From positions 1 to 64,000 of the forward strand of contig CBDCOH010000002.1 in assembly GCA_965219685.1 (NCBI GenBank): 64,000 bases of DNA, in the 5' to 3' direction. The translations under genes and the position numbers were made by a program. Shown here piece after piece: positions 52,294 through 62,169 of this stretch; position 1 is the stretch's first letter; the number at the start of each line of letters is the position of its first letter. This stretch comes from Candidatus Spongiisociaceae bacterium. Its GTDB lineage: Bacteria; Actinomycetota; Acidimicrobiia; Spongiisociales; Spongiisociaceae. Below the pieces are notes generated by a model that was not told the DNA's origin, made no database searches, and saw nothing but the letters and a program-made list of their open reading frames with translations.

Positions 52294-53748
52294 CTACATG
52301 AAGAGCCGGTAGGGGTAGACATCGCGGGGGAGTCCGGGTACGTGGGCGATGGTTCGGGCGAGCCGCCGCGCGTAGTTGAGGGTGACCGGTAGGGGGTTGT
52401 ACAGGGCGTCGTTGTTCCAGTCCATCTTCGACAGTGCTAGGGCTTCGGTCGCGATGAGTTCGAGGGGGCCTCGTCCAGCGTGGCGCCGGAGCAGCAAGGG
52501 TGTTGGGATGCTTTTCTCGCCTTGGTAGTAGTTGCCGTATCTGGAGCCGGAGGCGGCTGGTGCGTTGCCCGCTACCCACAGAAGGGTTTCGGTGCCGCTG
52601 AGGGGTGCCATGGTTCCTCGCGTCACGGGGAAACGGGCCGGGGTGCTCAGGCTGTTTGAGTCCTGGGGCGTTTGGAGCCAGACACCCCGCCATGCCACGT
52701 TGGATACGATCTGGACGCAGTCGACTTCGGGAACGGCGGCGAGCGCGTCCAAGGCTCCTGATGTTTCGTCGTCTCGGAACGTCGTGTTCTTGTGGATCGC
52801 GATCCGGGTGGGGACTCGGCCGCCGTTGCGGCTCTGGTACAGGCGCAGGCTCCGTGCTAGAACAGCGCGCATGTCGTTCCGGCTTAGGTAGGGGTTGCGC
52901 CTTGCTGATTCGGTGTCCTCGATGGGATCACGGGCGTCGTACGCTAGGAATTGCATTCCCCCTCCGTCGGCGTCGAACACCTGGGAGCAGCAGGTCACGT
53001 ATCGAACCTCGTCACCGTTGATCCGGAGCGAATAGGCGAGACCTATGAATGCGGAGTCAGAAGGTAACCCAGGAATAGGTGCGAGTTTCCAGGGTGTGCC
53101 ACCGGCTTTGACGTAGAGGGCGATGGCGAGCCGCCATGCGCGGGAAGCGTGGTAGCCGAACTTGAACGTGCGGTCGTTGATGACCTGGGTTGGGATGCCA
53201 GTAACGGCACAGAGGGCCTTGAGTTCGTCGTGAGCGTCGAACCCGTCGTCTCGCAAGCCCGGCTCCCAGCTGTCGGGCAGGTGAACCACTGCCACGTCAT
53301 AGAGCTCCCGAACCGAAGTGAGACGCCGGACCAGTCCGGCTATTGCTGCCCGGACCCGTAGATGAGGTTCTGAGTGGTTGCTGTCGATGTCGTAGAGGTT
53401 CGCGGGTAGGCGGACCCGTGCATCTGCTGCCGCGGGTTCGAGTTGGACACCGAACACGGTCTCGAAACCCGGATAGTCCGGGAGGTAGGCCTTCCGGTCT
53501 GTCGCGGGAAGACTCTTGAGCAGGCTGTTCATCACCGTGCTCCGGTCCTGCTCGGTCGCTTCGGGTCCCGCCATGGCTACGCGTATCCGCGGGGTGAACT
53601 TCGGAAGGGCGATCTTGTCATACGGCCCGTGCTCGAGAAGCCCACGTAGGGGATGGGGATGAACAGCGCGGGCTCCGCCCGAAAACGCCAACAGCGGCTC
53701 GTCAAGAGACGAGTACGGCGCGAGTCTCGACCGGGGCCGGGAAGCCAT
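52294..53748 (-). CDS. Short prokaryotic Argonaute (MID-PIWI*, catalytically inactive), about 484 aa
   Basis: HPLRGL..GPY, AHDELKA...PTQVI...LYVKAGG.PWKL (H-K-Q-K MID pocket), FIGLAYS, RIAIHK, RGT, LSKMDWNN..LY..LPVTL.YA; no room for N/PAZ domains. Confidence 0.92.
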   Translation of the reverse strand: MASRPRSRLAPYSSLDEPLLAFSGGARAVHPHPLRGLLEHGPYDKIALPKFTPRIRVAMAGPEATEQDRSTVMNSLLKSLPATDRKAYLPDYPGFETVFGVQLEPAAADARVRLPANLYDIDSNHSEPHLRVRAAIAGLVRRLTSVRELYDVAVVHLPDSWEPGLRDDGFDAHDELKALCAVTGIPTQVINDRTFKFGYHASRAWRLAIALYVKAGGTPWKLAPIPGLPSDSAFIGLAYSLRINGDEVRYVTCCSQVFDADGGGMQFLAYDARDPIEDTESARRNPYLSRNDMRAVLARSLRLYQSRNGGRVPTRIAIHKNTTFRDDETSGALDALAAVPEVDCVQIVSNVAWRGVWLQTPQDSNSLSTPARFPVTRGTMAPLSGTETLLWVAGNAPAASGSRYGNYYQGEKSIPTPLLLRRHAGRGPLELIATEALALSKMDWNNDALYNPLPVTLNYARRLARTIAHVPGLPRDVYPYRLFM

Positions 53749-53750
53749 CT

Positions 53751-55610
53751 CTAGTTGAAGTCTGAGCGGGCGGGAGACGCCCACGCAGTGGTAACCGCAA
53801 GCTTGAACGAAGCGTCTACACCGGCACGACGTGCGAGTCCAACAGCACGCATCGTGGATTCTGGTTCCGCGACGAGGAGTCGGCTCCAAGCGTCGATGAT
53901 CTTGGACCATTTCGCGTTGTATCTCCGCGCCCAGCGTTCTTTGCGCCAACCACCGGTCAGGTCACCGCCACGCGGAGCGGGTGCCGAGACGCGGTTACCG
54001 GGTGCGCTGCCCCGGTTCGGCAGGTCCACCCAGGTGACCGGGTCGAACACACACCACCACCGGCCATCGTGAATCTCGAGGCGGATCCGCACCGCTTCCG
54101 CGAAGGGAAACCCCAATCGGGGGACCTTCCCAAGAAGAGCGTCGCTGTACGCCTGCTCCAGAGGGTGGAGCAACCGGCGGTCAGCCTTACGCGTAGCGGC
54201 ACCAAGGCGTGGGTTGGTCCGCGCAACGGTCACCACGTGTCCCCGCCGTCTCAACCTCGGACGAAGCGGACGCCCACGGGCGAGGGCGCGAACAAGCGCT
54301 TCATAAACTAGACCGAAAGCCCACGAATCGGTGTGGGGATCGAGCGGTTTCTCCCCATTGAGTTCGGCACCCCACTGCTTGAATGCCTTCAACAAGTCCT
54401 CATCCGCGCCGAACGCGGCTATCTCTTGTCCGCGTGCGGCGACAATCCCGCGGAACCTTCCTGCCTTGAGAGCTTTGCGAGCCTCCCCGCTTGTTACCGG
54501 TCGGCGGACCACTAGCCGACGTGCTGTGTGGGGTAGTTCCAATACAGGAAGTGCTGAGCAGCGAAGCACGGGGAAAGTGGTTGTCTCTACCCGTTGTGAC
54601 AGGTCAACAGGTTGGAGGACCGGCTCCGGGCGGGATTGCAGCACATGGTCCGCCAGCAGCGGGGGAAGAGAGATCTGGTCACAAATGTCAGCTGCCAACT
54701 CGTCGAACGTCTCCGCCTCGACGAGGCGGGCATCTATCCCTCTGCTGCGGGCGCCGTCTAGGAACTCGTGGACGGAGTCGAGCGGGTCGCGGCCAGACCG
54801 GACAACCCACCTAACCCCGCTCGGGAACGGAGACTGCCCTTCCAAAGCGTTGGTCAGGGCGCTCATCACCGAGTCGTCCCGGCCGCTGTATCCAACCACC
54901 ACCAGACCGAACCTGTTCGCTGCCCCGGTCAGAACCCGCCGCAGCTGCTGATCCTGGTCCCGCAGTTCCTCTCTGGTGTTCTTAAGCCGGGTCGACTGAT
55001 AGTCACCATGCAGCTTCACCAGCAGCGGCCAGTCAGAATCACGTAGACAGCGATGACCGATTCCAACCGAGTCAAGAGTCGCAACCGCCAAGTCGGAACG
55101 CGTTCCGACAGGCGCACACTCCGCCGCGACGGGCACCGCCTGCTCAATCAACTGATCGAAGTTCGTTGTGAACAGAGACGGCAACTGGCCGGAGACGACC
55201 ATCGCGGCCAGCAAGCGATGCCCGAACGTCGGTTTGCCACGGCGAACACAGTCTGCGATGTAGGCACGCCGATCATTAACATCGGGAAACACCGCCTCGA
55301 ACGCCGCTGCGTATTCTGCCGGATCCCCTTTAGGGGGAAGCCCATGGGAATTGTCGAAGTGGGCCGTGATCCGCTCCTCCCAAACAGGATCCGACGGATC
55401 GATTTGATGCCGAGGTATGCCCACTTCCGAGCAGAACAGCCGACTCCTGAAATCTGAGATCATGTCATAGCCTGTGGGGACACCGCCCGCGGCGGACGCG
55501 CCCGCACCGACCAACCACATATACGCGGGTGCTCTCACAGCGAATGAACGAGCGAACTCCACCGAGGTCAACCGACCGACCCACACCACCTGCTGCTTCT
55601 CCTCACCCAC
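53751..55610 (-). CDS. SIR2-APAZ NADase partner of the short Argonaute
   Basis: LVGAGAS, TTNFDQLIE, KLHGDY, VVGYSGRD (SIR2_2-type); C-terminal extension ending RYNAKW..IIDAW; stop is 2 bp from the Ago start. Confidence 0.9.
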   Translation of the reverse strand: MGEEKQQVVWVGRLTSVEFARSFAVRAPAYMWLVGAGASAAGGVPTGYDMISDFRSRLFCSEVGIPRHQIDPSDPVWEERITAHFDNSHGLPPKGDPAEYAAAFEAVFPDVNDRRAYIADCVRRGKPTFGHRLLAAMVVSGQLPSLFTTNFDQLIEQAVPVAAECAPVGTRSDLAVATLDSVGIGHRCLRDSDWPLLVKLHGDYQSTRLKNTREELRDQDQQLRRVLTGAANRFGLVVVGYSGRDDSVMSALTNALEGQSPFPSGVRWVVRSGRDPLDSVHEFLDGARSRGIDARLVEAETFDELAADICDQISLPPLLADHVLQSRPEPVLQPVDLSQRVETTTFPVLRCSALPVLELPHTARRLVVRRPVTSGEARKALKAGRFRGIVAARGQEIAAFGADEDLLKAFKQWGAELNGEKPLDPHTDSWAFGLVYEALVRALARGRPLRPRLRRRGHVVTVARTNPRLGAATRKADRRLLHPLEQAYSDALLGKVPRLGFPFAEAVRIRLEIHDGRWWCVFDPVTWVDLPNRGSAPGNRVSAPAPRGGDLTGGWRKERWARRYNAKWSKIIDAWSRLLVAEPESTMRAVGLARRAGVDASFKLAVTTAWASPARSDFN

Positions 55611-55977
55611 CCGCCTCAGCGGGACACTGCTTCAACGACCGCCGAATATAACCGCAGTCTGTGACTGAACCGATCCTTTCTGTTCTTCACCACCGGATTC
55701 ATGACCGCCGCCGAGGTCACGAAGCTTGCCGTCACCGCCAATACCACAACACCCAACCGCGTCTTCTTCGAACCCAGAGGGCGTGGGCTCTTCGGCAGAT
55801 CTCTCGCCGAGAAGCCAACATGTCCCTGTCAGCAACGGAATCTCGCCGTCCATCGGACGGCAATCGAAGGTTCGGTGTTCGCTCGACTCTCAGGCCAATG
55901 ACACTGCCACCTACCCAGAAGAGTTCCCGCCGGCGCGGCGGCCGGTGTCACACACCGTGGTTGGCGGTTTCCCCGGC

Positions 55978-56274
55978 ATGATCCGGTTCTGGAATCCTCA
56001 GGGATCTGCCTCATGCATATGCGGCGTCTCCGGCTGGCTAGCCGCTACGAATTGGTTCAGCGGGCACAACTGGAGATTGTTGCTGGTGTCGTTCGTTGTT
56101 TTCGCACTGGGAGCAGTACTTGCCAAGAGGGGGATTGCCCGCGGTTACCGCGGAGTCGACCGAATCCTGCCAGTCGCGGGGGCGGTGCTCAACCTGGCAG
56201 GGAGCCTTGCAATCCTACTTCCCGCGATCATTTGGTCCACCGTCTTTGGCGTGAACAGGAGACGTCGGCGGTGA
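55978..56274 (+). CDS. Small hypothetical membrane protein
   Basis: Two or three hydrophobic segments and a basic C-terminus (RRRRR); start uncertain. Confidence 0.35.
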   Translation: MIRFWNPQGSASCICGVSGWLAATNWFSGHNWRLLLVSFVVFALGAVLAKRGIARGYRGVDRILPVAGAVLNLAGSLAILLPAIIWSTVFGVNRRRRR

Positions 56275-56706
56275 TGGAGTCGGTTCCGGGGACCGACGAC
56301 AGGAAGGAACCCACTGTGGACCGACCTGTCGAACCCTGCCCAGCAATCAGGCTCCGACGCGAGCCGACCGACTCCTCTGATCCTTACCACCGGGATCGCC
56401 CAGATCCGCGGGGTCTGCTCGGGATGACCGGCTCGACGGGCGTTCGCATACCCCCGGCGGCACGAGGGTATGGGTCGACGCCGCCATCGATTCGTTTCAT
56501 GGCTCCGTGACGCCGGAGGTGCCCCGGAACGCACCGCCGAGCACCGCTCGACGTCGTCCGGCCTGAGCGAGTGCCACCACCACGAGATCGATGCCTTGAT
56601 CTTTTGAGGGATCGGGACGAGCGGACGGTAGCGCTCCTGGCTGAGCCAGTGCTGCCTCCACTCCCGTCTGGAGATCTAGTCAATCACCGATGTCTAAGGT
56701 TGTAGG

Positions 56707-57393
56707 ATGACATCTCGGCCTCACTACTACGGGCACCGCGAACGGCTCCGGGTACGATTCCTCAGGAGCGGGCTCTCGGGTTTCGCCGAGCATGAAGTCA
56801 TAGAGTTACTCCTGACCCTCGCTATACCTCGGTCCGACGTGAAGATGCCTGCGAAGGCGCTGCTCGCGCGCTTCGGCAGCTTTCGAGGGGTACTCGACGC
56901 GCCGGTTGCCGAGTTGCAATCGGTGAAGGGTATCGGCAGGGTGAGCGCTATCACCCTTCATATCATCCGGGAGTCGGCAACGCTCTACTTGCAGGAAGCC
57001 TCCGAAGGCGCGGAAGTCCTTCGAGGGGCGAGTCGGCTGAGCGACTTTTGGCGCATGCGGATTGGAGGGCTCAAACACGAAGTGTTCGCAGTGGCTTACC
57101 TGGATTCCGCATATCGGCTGCTTCGAAACGGCGTCGAAACGCTCCAGGAGGGAACCATCGATCGCGCCGCGGTGTATCCCCGACGTGTCGTGGAGGCTGC
57201 GCTCAAGCGCCAGGCGGCGGCCTTGGTGCTCGCCCACAACCACCCCAACGGCGTCGTCGAGCCGACCGAGCACGACAAGATCGTCACCCGGGCCATCGTG
57301 CTGGCGGCCGATACCATCAGCCTCAGAGTGGTCGACCACCTGATCGTGTCGCCGCGCGAGGCATTCAGCTTTCGGGAGGCCGGACTCCTGTGA
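56707..57393 (+). CDS. radC: RadC family JAB-domain protein (full length, with HhH)
   Basis: GHRERLR, ELLL..AIPR.DVK, KGIG, GTID...VYPR, HNHPNG..EPT..D, DHLIV. Confidence 0.93.
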   Translation: MTSRPHYYGHRERLRVRFLRSGLSGFAEHEVIELLLTLAIPRSDVKMPAKALLARFGSFRGVLDAPVAELQSVKGIGRVSAITLHIIRESATLYLQEASEGAEVLRGASRLSDFWRMRIGGLKHEVFAVAYLDSAYRLLRNGVETLQEGTIDRAAVYPRRVVEAALKRQAAALVLAHNHPNGVVEPTEHDKIVTRAIVLAADTISLRVVDHLIVSPREAFSFREAGLL

Positions 57394-60254
57394 ACATCGC
57401 TCCGGCCATCCTCGAGCACTACCCGGAGCTCAACGATGCCCAACGGCGGATCATCGGTCACCTGGACGGCCCCCTGCTGGTGATCGCCGGGCCCGGCTCC
57501 GGCAAGACCTACAGCATCGTCCTGCGGACCATGAACCTTCTGTTGCTGGAGCGGGCCGAGCCCAAGGAGGTGGTGCTGTGCACCTTCACCGAGAAGGCCG
57601 CGCTCGAGATGCGCCACCGGGTGGGGATGGCCGCCCATAAGGTCGGATACCAATCCGACCTTTCCGAGTTGACGATCTCGACGATTCACGGTTTCTGTAA
57701 CCAACTCCTGATGCGCCACCGGCACCGGACACCGCTCGGACACAACTACGAGACCCTCGACGAACTCACGCAGCTTCTCTTCATCTTCGAACACTTTGAT
57801 GAGATTGTCGGCTTGCGCGAGGGCGAACTGTTCCTTACTCGGTGGAGGACACGATGGACGGCAATCGAAGGGGCCCGCGGATACTTCAACAAGATAACGG
57901 AAGAAATGGTCGACCCCTGCCTGCTCGCGACTTCCGACGATCCCTTCCTGAGGGCGATCGGCAGTGCCTACCGGAGCTACGCAAAGTGCCTTCTCGCCAC
58001 CAATCGGGTCGACTTCGCCCATCTGCAGAGGCTCGCCTACGACATGCTCGATGATCCGGCGACCGCCGATGCGGTGTCCCCCGGCCTCCGCTATGTGATG
58101 GTGGACGAGTACCAGGACACCAACTACATCCAGGAACAACTTCTCATGCGAATCACGAGGGCGGACAGCAACCTCTGCGTGGTCGGGGACGAAGATCAGA
58201 GCCTCTACCGCTTCCGGGGCGCCACTGTCAGAAACATCCTGGAGTTCCACCAGCGGGTGCCGGACTGCGCCACCATCAACCTGACCACCAACTACCGATC
58301 GCATCAGGAGGTCGTAGAACGATACGACCGGTGGATGGCCTCAGCTGACTGGTCCAACCCGGAGGGTGACTCCTACCGGCACGACAAGAAAATCGTCGCC
58401 GACTCGGAGACGGAGCATCCCGACTACCCGTCCGTAGTCAGCATCTGGGGAACCACCGACCGGGATGAGGCCGAGCGGTTCGCCGATGTGGTGGAGTTCC
58501 TCAAAGAGAACGGCGTCATCGAGGACTACAGCAATGTGGCGCTGCTGCTGCACAGCGTGCGGGATGCCCATAGCGGTCGGTACCTGAAGGCCCTACAGGC
58601 CAAGGGCATTCCGGCGTTCTGCCCTCGGGCGCGCGCCTTCTTTGACATCCCTGAGATCAGCAGGCTGGTCGGCTGCTACGCGGTGTTGTTCGGATGGCAT
58701 GGCGGTGGACGTGGCGACGTCGGCGGGGCCGTGTGGCGCTTGGCAAAATATGTGGACCGGGCGCTCGTCGATCTCGGTAAGAACTTCGGCTCCACCCATC
58801 CGCTCGCCCAGGGGCTCAAGAAGTGGAGGGCCGAGATCGACGCGCTCCAGGAGGGCGAGACCCTCGATCTCCGGCCCGTCGACTACTTCTACCGCCTGCT
58901 CGCGCTGACGCCGTTCAAAGAGGCTGTCGGAGACGAGAACACCGCTGGCAACCTGGCGATCTTCTCTCAACTCCTCCATGCCTTCCAGAACTATTACCAC
59001 TACCCGGTTATTACACATCGAAACCGTACGTACCTCCGCCTACATTTCTTCAACAGCTTCTTACGCCTCTTGTACACGGGCGGCATCAACGAGTATGAGG
59101 ATCCAGACCAGCCCTTCCCCAAGGGGCATGTGCAGGTGATGACGATCCACCAAGCCAAGGGGCTGGAGTTCCCCGTAGTGGTGGTCGGCTCGCTTGCTAC
59201 ACAGACCCGGAGTGCCAAGCAGATCGACCGGGATCTCAACCCGTTCTATCACCGGTCGCCTTTCGAGCCCGAGGATCGCATCACCCTATTCGACCGGATG
59301 AGGTTGCACTATGTGGCATTCTCCAGACCGGAGAAGCTGCTGGTGCTCACGTCCCCCGAGCAGCCGAAGGGCCACTTCGCCTCCATCTGGCAGGGGCTTC
59401 CCCAGTGGCCGTACGTGCGCAGGGATCTCCTCGCGGCGCAGCGATTCTCGGGCAGCGAACGCCTCCCGGTCAAGAAGACGTACAGCTTCACCGGAGACCT
59501 CAAGATCTACGAGACCTGCCCTCGCCAGTATCAGTTCTTCAGGGAATACGACTTCACCCCTTCCCGTTCGGCGGTGATCTTCTTCGGCCTGTTGGTGCAC
59601 CAGTCCATCGAGGAGATACATCGCTTCGCCCTCGACGGACAGTTGCACACGCTGGACGAAACAGCCATTCGCGACCTGTTCGATCGGACCTTCCACTTCT
59701 TGCGCCTAACCCAGACCCGTCCCATCGGGGTCCGGGCCAGGGAGGCGGCCTTCCGCCAGGTGATGAACTACTTCCATCAGAACCAGGACCAGATGCATCG
59801 GATCATCGAGACCGAGGTGGACGTCTCGTTGGAGAAGGACGACTACATCCTCACCGGGAAGGTCGATCTGCTCCTCGGCGGGGACGGCAAACTCGAGCTA
59901 CTGGACTTCAAGACCTCGCCCCGCCCCCAGGATAGCCCAGAACTGATAGCCGGCTACGAGCGCCAACTGTGCACCTACGCGCACATCGTGGAACAGCGCC
60001 ACGGTCGGCGCGTTGACCGGCTACTGCTCTACTGGACCTCGGAGGAGCGCCGCGAGGACGCCCTCATGGTCCTCCCGTACCGCCCCGATCGGGTGAAGGA
60101 GGCCGGGCGCCACTTTGACGAAACCGTTCGCCTCATCAGAGCCGGAGAGTTCTCCGTCGTGACGCCGCCCGAAGCGGCGATCTGTGGGGAGTGTGACCTG
60201 CGTATGCTTTGTCACGCCGAGGGTATCATCGGTGGATCGACTCTCCCGGCATGA
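57390..60254 (+). CDS. UvrD/REP SF1 helicase fused to a C-terminal PD-(D/E)XK (Cas4/AddB-like, 4-Cys) nuclease
   Basis: AGPGSGKT, VDEYQD, GDEDQSLYRFRGA, NYRS, TIHQAKGLEF; CPRQY...GKVDLL...LDFKT...QL.TY...CGECDLRMLC; GTGA overlap with radC. Confidence 0.9.
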   Translation: MNIAPAILEHYPELNDAQRRIIGHLDGPLLVIAGPGSGKTYSIVLRTMNLLLLERAEPKEVVLCTFTEKAALEMRHRVGMAAHKVGYQSDLSELTISTIHGFCNQLLMRHRHRTPLGHNYETLDELTQLLFIFEHFDEIVGLREGELFLTRWRTRWTAIEGARGYFNKITEEMVDPCLLATSDDPFLRAIGSAYRSYAKCLLATNRVDFAHLQRLAYDMLDDPATADAVSPGLRYVMVDEYQDTNYIQEQLLMRITRADSNLCVVGDEDQSLYRFRGATVRNILEFHQRVPDCATINLTTNYRSHQEVVERYDRWMASADWSNPEGDSYRHDKKIVADSETEHPDYPSVVSIWGTTDRDEAERFADVVEFLKENGVIEDYSNVALLLHSVRDAHSGRYLKALQAKGIPAFCPRARAFFDIPEISRLVGCYAVLFGWHGGGRGDVGGAVWRLAKYVDRALVDLGKNFGSTHPLAQGLKKWRAEIDALQEGETLDLRPVDYFYRLLALTPFKEAVGDENTAGNLAIFSQLLHAFQNYYHYPVITHRNRTYLRLHFFNSFLRLLYTGGINEYEDPDQPFPKGHVQVMTIHQAKGLEFPVVVVGSLATQTRSAKQIDRDLNPFYHRSPFEPEDRITLFDRMRLHYVAFSRPEKLLVLTSPEQPKGHFASIWQGLPQWPYVRRDLLAAQRFSGSERLPVKKTYSFTGDLKIYETCPRQYQFFREYDFTPSRSAVIFFGLLVHQSIEEIHRFALDGQLHTLDETAIRDLFDRTFHFLRLTQTRPIGVRAREAAFRQVMNYFHQNQDQMHRIIETEVDVSLEKDDYILTGKVDLLLGGDGKLELLDFKTSPRPQDSPELIAGYERQLCTYAHIVEQRHGRRVDRLLLYWTSEERREDALMVLPYRPDRVKEAGRHFDETVRLIRAGEFSVVTPPEAAICGECDLRMLCHAEGIIGGSTLPA

Positions 60255-60292
60255 CAAGGATCACCTTCTGAGGTAGGACAACGAGGTTGATA

Positions 60293-62167
60293 ATGGCCAA
60301 GATCGACATCACCAAGACCGAGCTGGTCTGGCCCGGCAAGTACAACGAGGACGGCACCCTCAACGAGGCGCCGCGGGTCAGTCTGCCCTTCCAGGTAATC
60401 GAGACCGTCAACGAGAGCCGGGCAACTCGCGAAGTACGGAAGCCGAAGACGATGACGCTTTTCGATATATACGAGCCTCAGGAGGGCGACACGTTCGAGG
60501 AGGGTTGGAGGAACAAACTAATCTGGGGTGACAACCTAGTCGTGATGAACTCCCTTCTCGAAACCTTCGCCGGGAAGATCAAGCTGATCTATATTGATCC
60601 ACCATTCGCCACTGGACTCGACTTTTCTTTTGAAGCACCAGTTGGAGAGAAGAACCAGAAGGTAGCGAAGGAACAATCGATAATTGAAGAGAAGGCTTAC
60701 CGTGACACTTGGGGATTGGGTGTTCAGTCATACATAGAGATGTTATATCGGCGGCTCCAACTCATGCGGGAGTTGCTTACACCCGATGGCAGCATCTACG
60801 TCCACTGTGACTGGCATGTCAACGCCTATATACGCCTCATGTTGGACGAGCTCTTTGGGCAAAGTAACTTCCGGAATAGTATAGTCTGGCACTATTACAA
60901 TAAGTATTCGGCAGCTTCACACTGTTTACCGCGTGCTCATGACGACATTTTCTTTTATTCTCGTAGTGAGAACGTTTCACTCAATGAAATTCGAGAAAAG
61001 AGGGATAAGCCAGTAAGACAACTTGTTCGAGAGAATGTCGGTGGAGTACTGAAGAATGCTAGAGATGCAGACGGAAACCTACTTTACCGTATGTCTTACG
61101 ACAAAAAAATTGATGATGTATGGAGGATCCCACAGCTACAACCAGCATCAAAGGAGTGGACTGGCTATTCAACACAAAAGCATCACGATCTTCTAGACCG
61201 TATTATTCGATCTTCATCAAAGAGGGGCGACTTGGTGGCCGATTTCTTTTGCGGATCTGGAACTACAATCGCCGTTGCAGAGAAGCTAGGTCGTCGTTGG
61301 ATCGGTTGTGATCTTGGGCGTTGGGGCGTCCATGTCACCCGCAAGCGGCTTCTTGATATCGAGGATTGCAGACCGTTCGAGTTGCTGAATCTTGGCAAGT
61401 ACGAGCGGCAATACTGGCAGCGATTAACTTTTGGTACAAGAGGCGGATCGACTTCGGAGCGTACACTCTACGAGTACTTGATATTCATTCTCAAGCTATA
61501 CGGTGCAGAGCCTATTGCCGGGACGGCCTATGTTCATGGTAAGAAAGGTGCGGCCATGGTCCACATTGGTGCAGTGGACGCTCCGGTAACAATTGACGAA
61601 ATCAATAACGCTATTGATGAATGCGTCAAGCTTAGGCAAGACGTGTTGCATGTGCTGGGATGGGAATGGGAGATGGGCCTAGCTGGACCGAACGCAAATG
61701 TAGGCAGGGGTGGACTGATGCACGACCTCGCCCGACAGAAAGGGGTAAAGCTCCTTCTCTTCCAGATTCCTCGTGAGGTGATGGAACAGCATGAGGCTGA
61801 TATCAGTAGCGTGCGCTTTTTCGAGTTGGCTCATCTCAGGGCAACAATGGAGCATTCAGAGGGACTCACCGTGCAGGCGAGGCTTGAGGACTTTGTCATC
61901 CCAAACACCGAGCTAATACCAGATGATGTGAGGAAAAAGATTGACAAGTGGTCTGACTATATCGACTATTGGGCGGTCGACTGGGACTTCCAGAACGATA
62001 CCTTTATGCAGGGATGGGTAACGTACCGCACACGCCGGGATCGAACGCTCTCCCTCACCTCCGACTCGCACACTTATCCGCAGACTGGCAGGTACAGGGT
62101 TCTAATCAAAGTAATCGACATCTTCGGCAACGACACTTCCCAGGCCTTCGACATCGAGGTGGGTTGA
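60293..62167 (+). CDS. mod: Type III restriction-modification Mod subunit (N6-adenine methyltransferase, beta class)
   Basis: WGDNL, IYIDPPF (motif IV) before DFFCGSGTT (motif I); adjacent to a Res-like helicase. Confidence 0.88.
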   Translation: MAKIDITKTELVWPGKYNEDGTLNEAPRVSLPFQVIETVNESRATREVRKPKTMTLFDIYEPQEGDTFEEGWRNKLIWGDNLVVMNSLLETFAGKIKLIYIDPPFATGLDFSFEAPVGEKNQKVAKEQSIIEEKAYRDTWGLGVQSYIEMLYRRLQLMRELLTPDGSIYVHCDWHVNAYIRLMLDELFGQSNFRNSIVWHYYNKYSAASHCLPRAHDDIFFYSRSENVSLNEIREKRDKPVRQLVRENVGGVLKNARDADGNLLYRMSYDKKIDDVWRIPQLQPASKEWTGYSTQKHHDLLDRIIRSSSKRGDLVADFFCGSGTTIAVAEKLGRRWIGCDLGRWGVHVTRKRLLDIEDCRPFELLNLGKYERQYWQRLTFGTRGGSTSERTLYEYLIFILKLYGAEPIAGTAYVHGKKGAAMVHIGAVDAPVTIDEINNAIDECVKLRQDVLHVLGWEWEMGLAGPNANVGRGGLMHDLARQKGVKLLLFQIPREVMEQHEADISSVRFFELAHLRATMEHSEGLTVQARLEDFVIPNTELIPDDVRKKIDKWSDYIDYWAVDWDFQNDTFMQGWVTYRTRRDRTLSLTSDSHTYPQTGRYRVLIKVIDIFGNDTSQAFDIEVG

Positions 62168-62169
62168 TC

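Noticed and set aside
59450-60254. Cas4 gene indicating CRISPR adaptation
   Set aside because: The Cas4-like domain is fused to a UvrD helicase, and there is no cas1/cas2 or array in the window
61103-61110. Poly-A tract in mod as a phase-variation switch
   Set aside because: The run is short, in frame, and in an AT-rich segment; there is no long SSR typical of phasevarions
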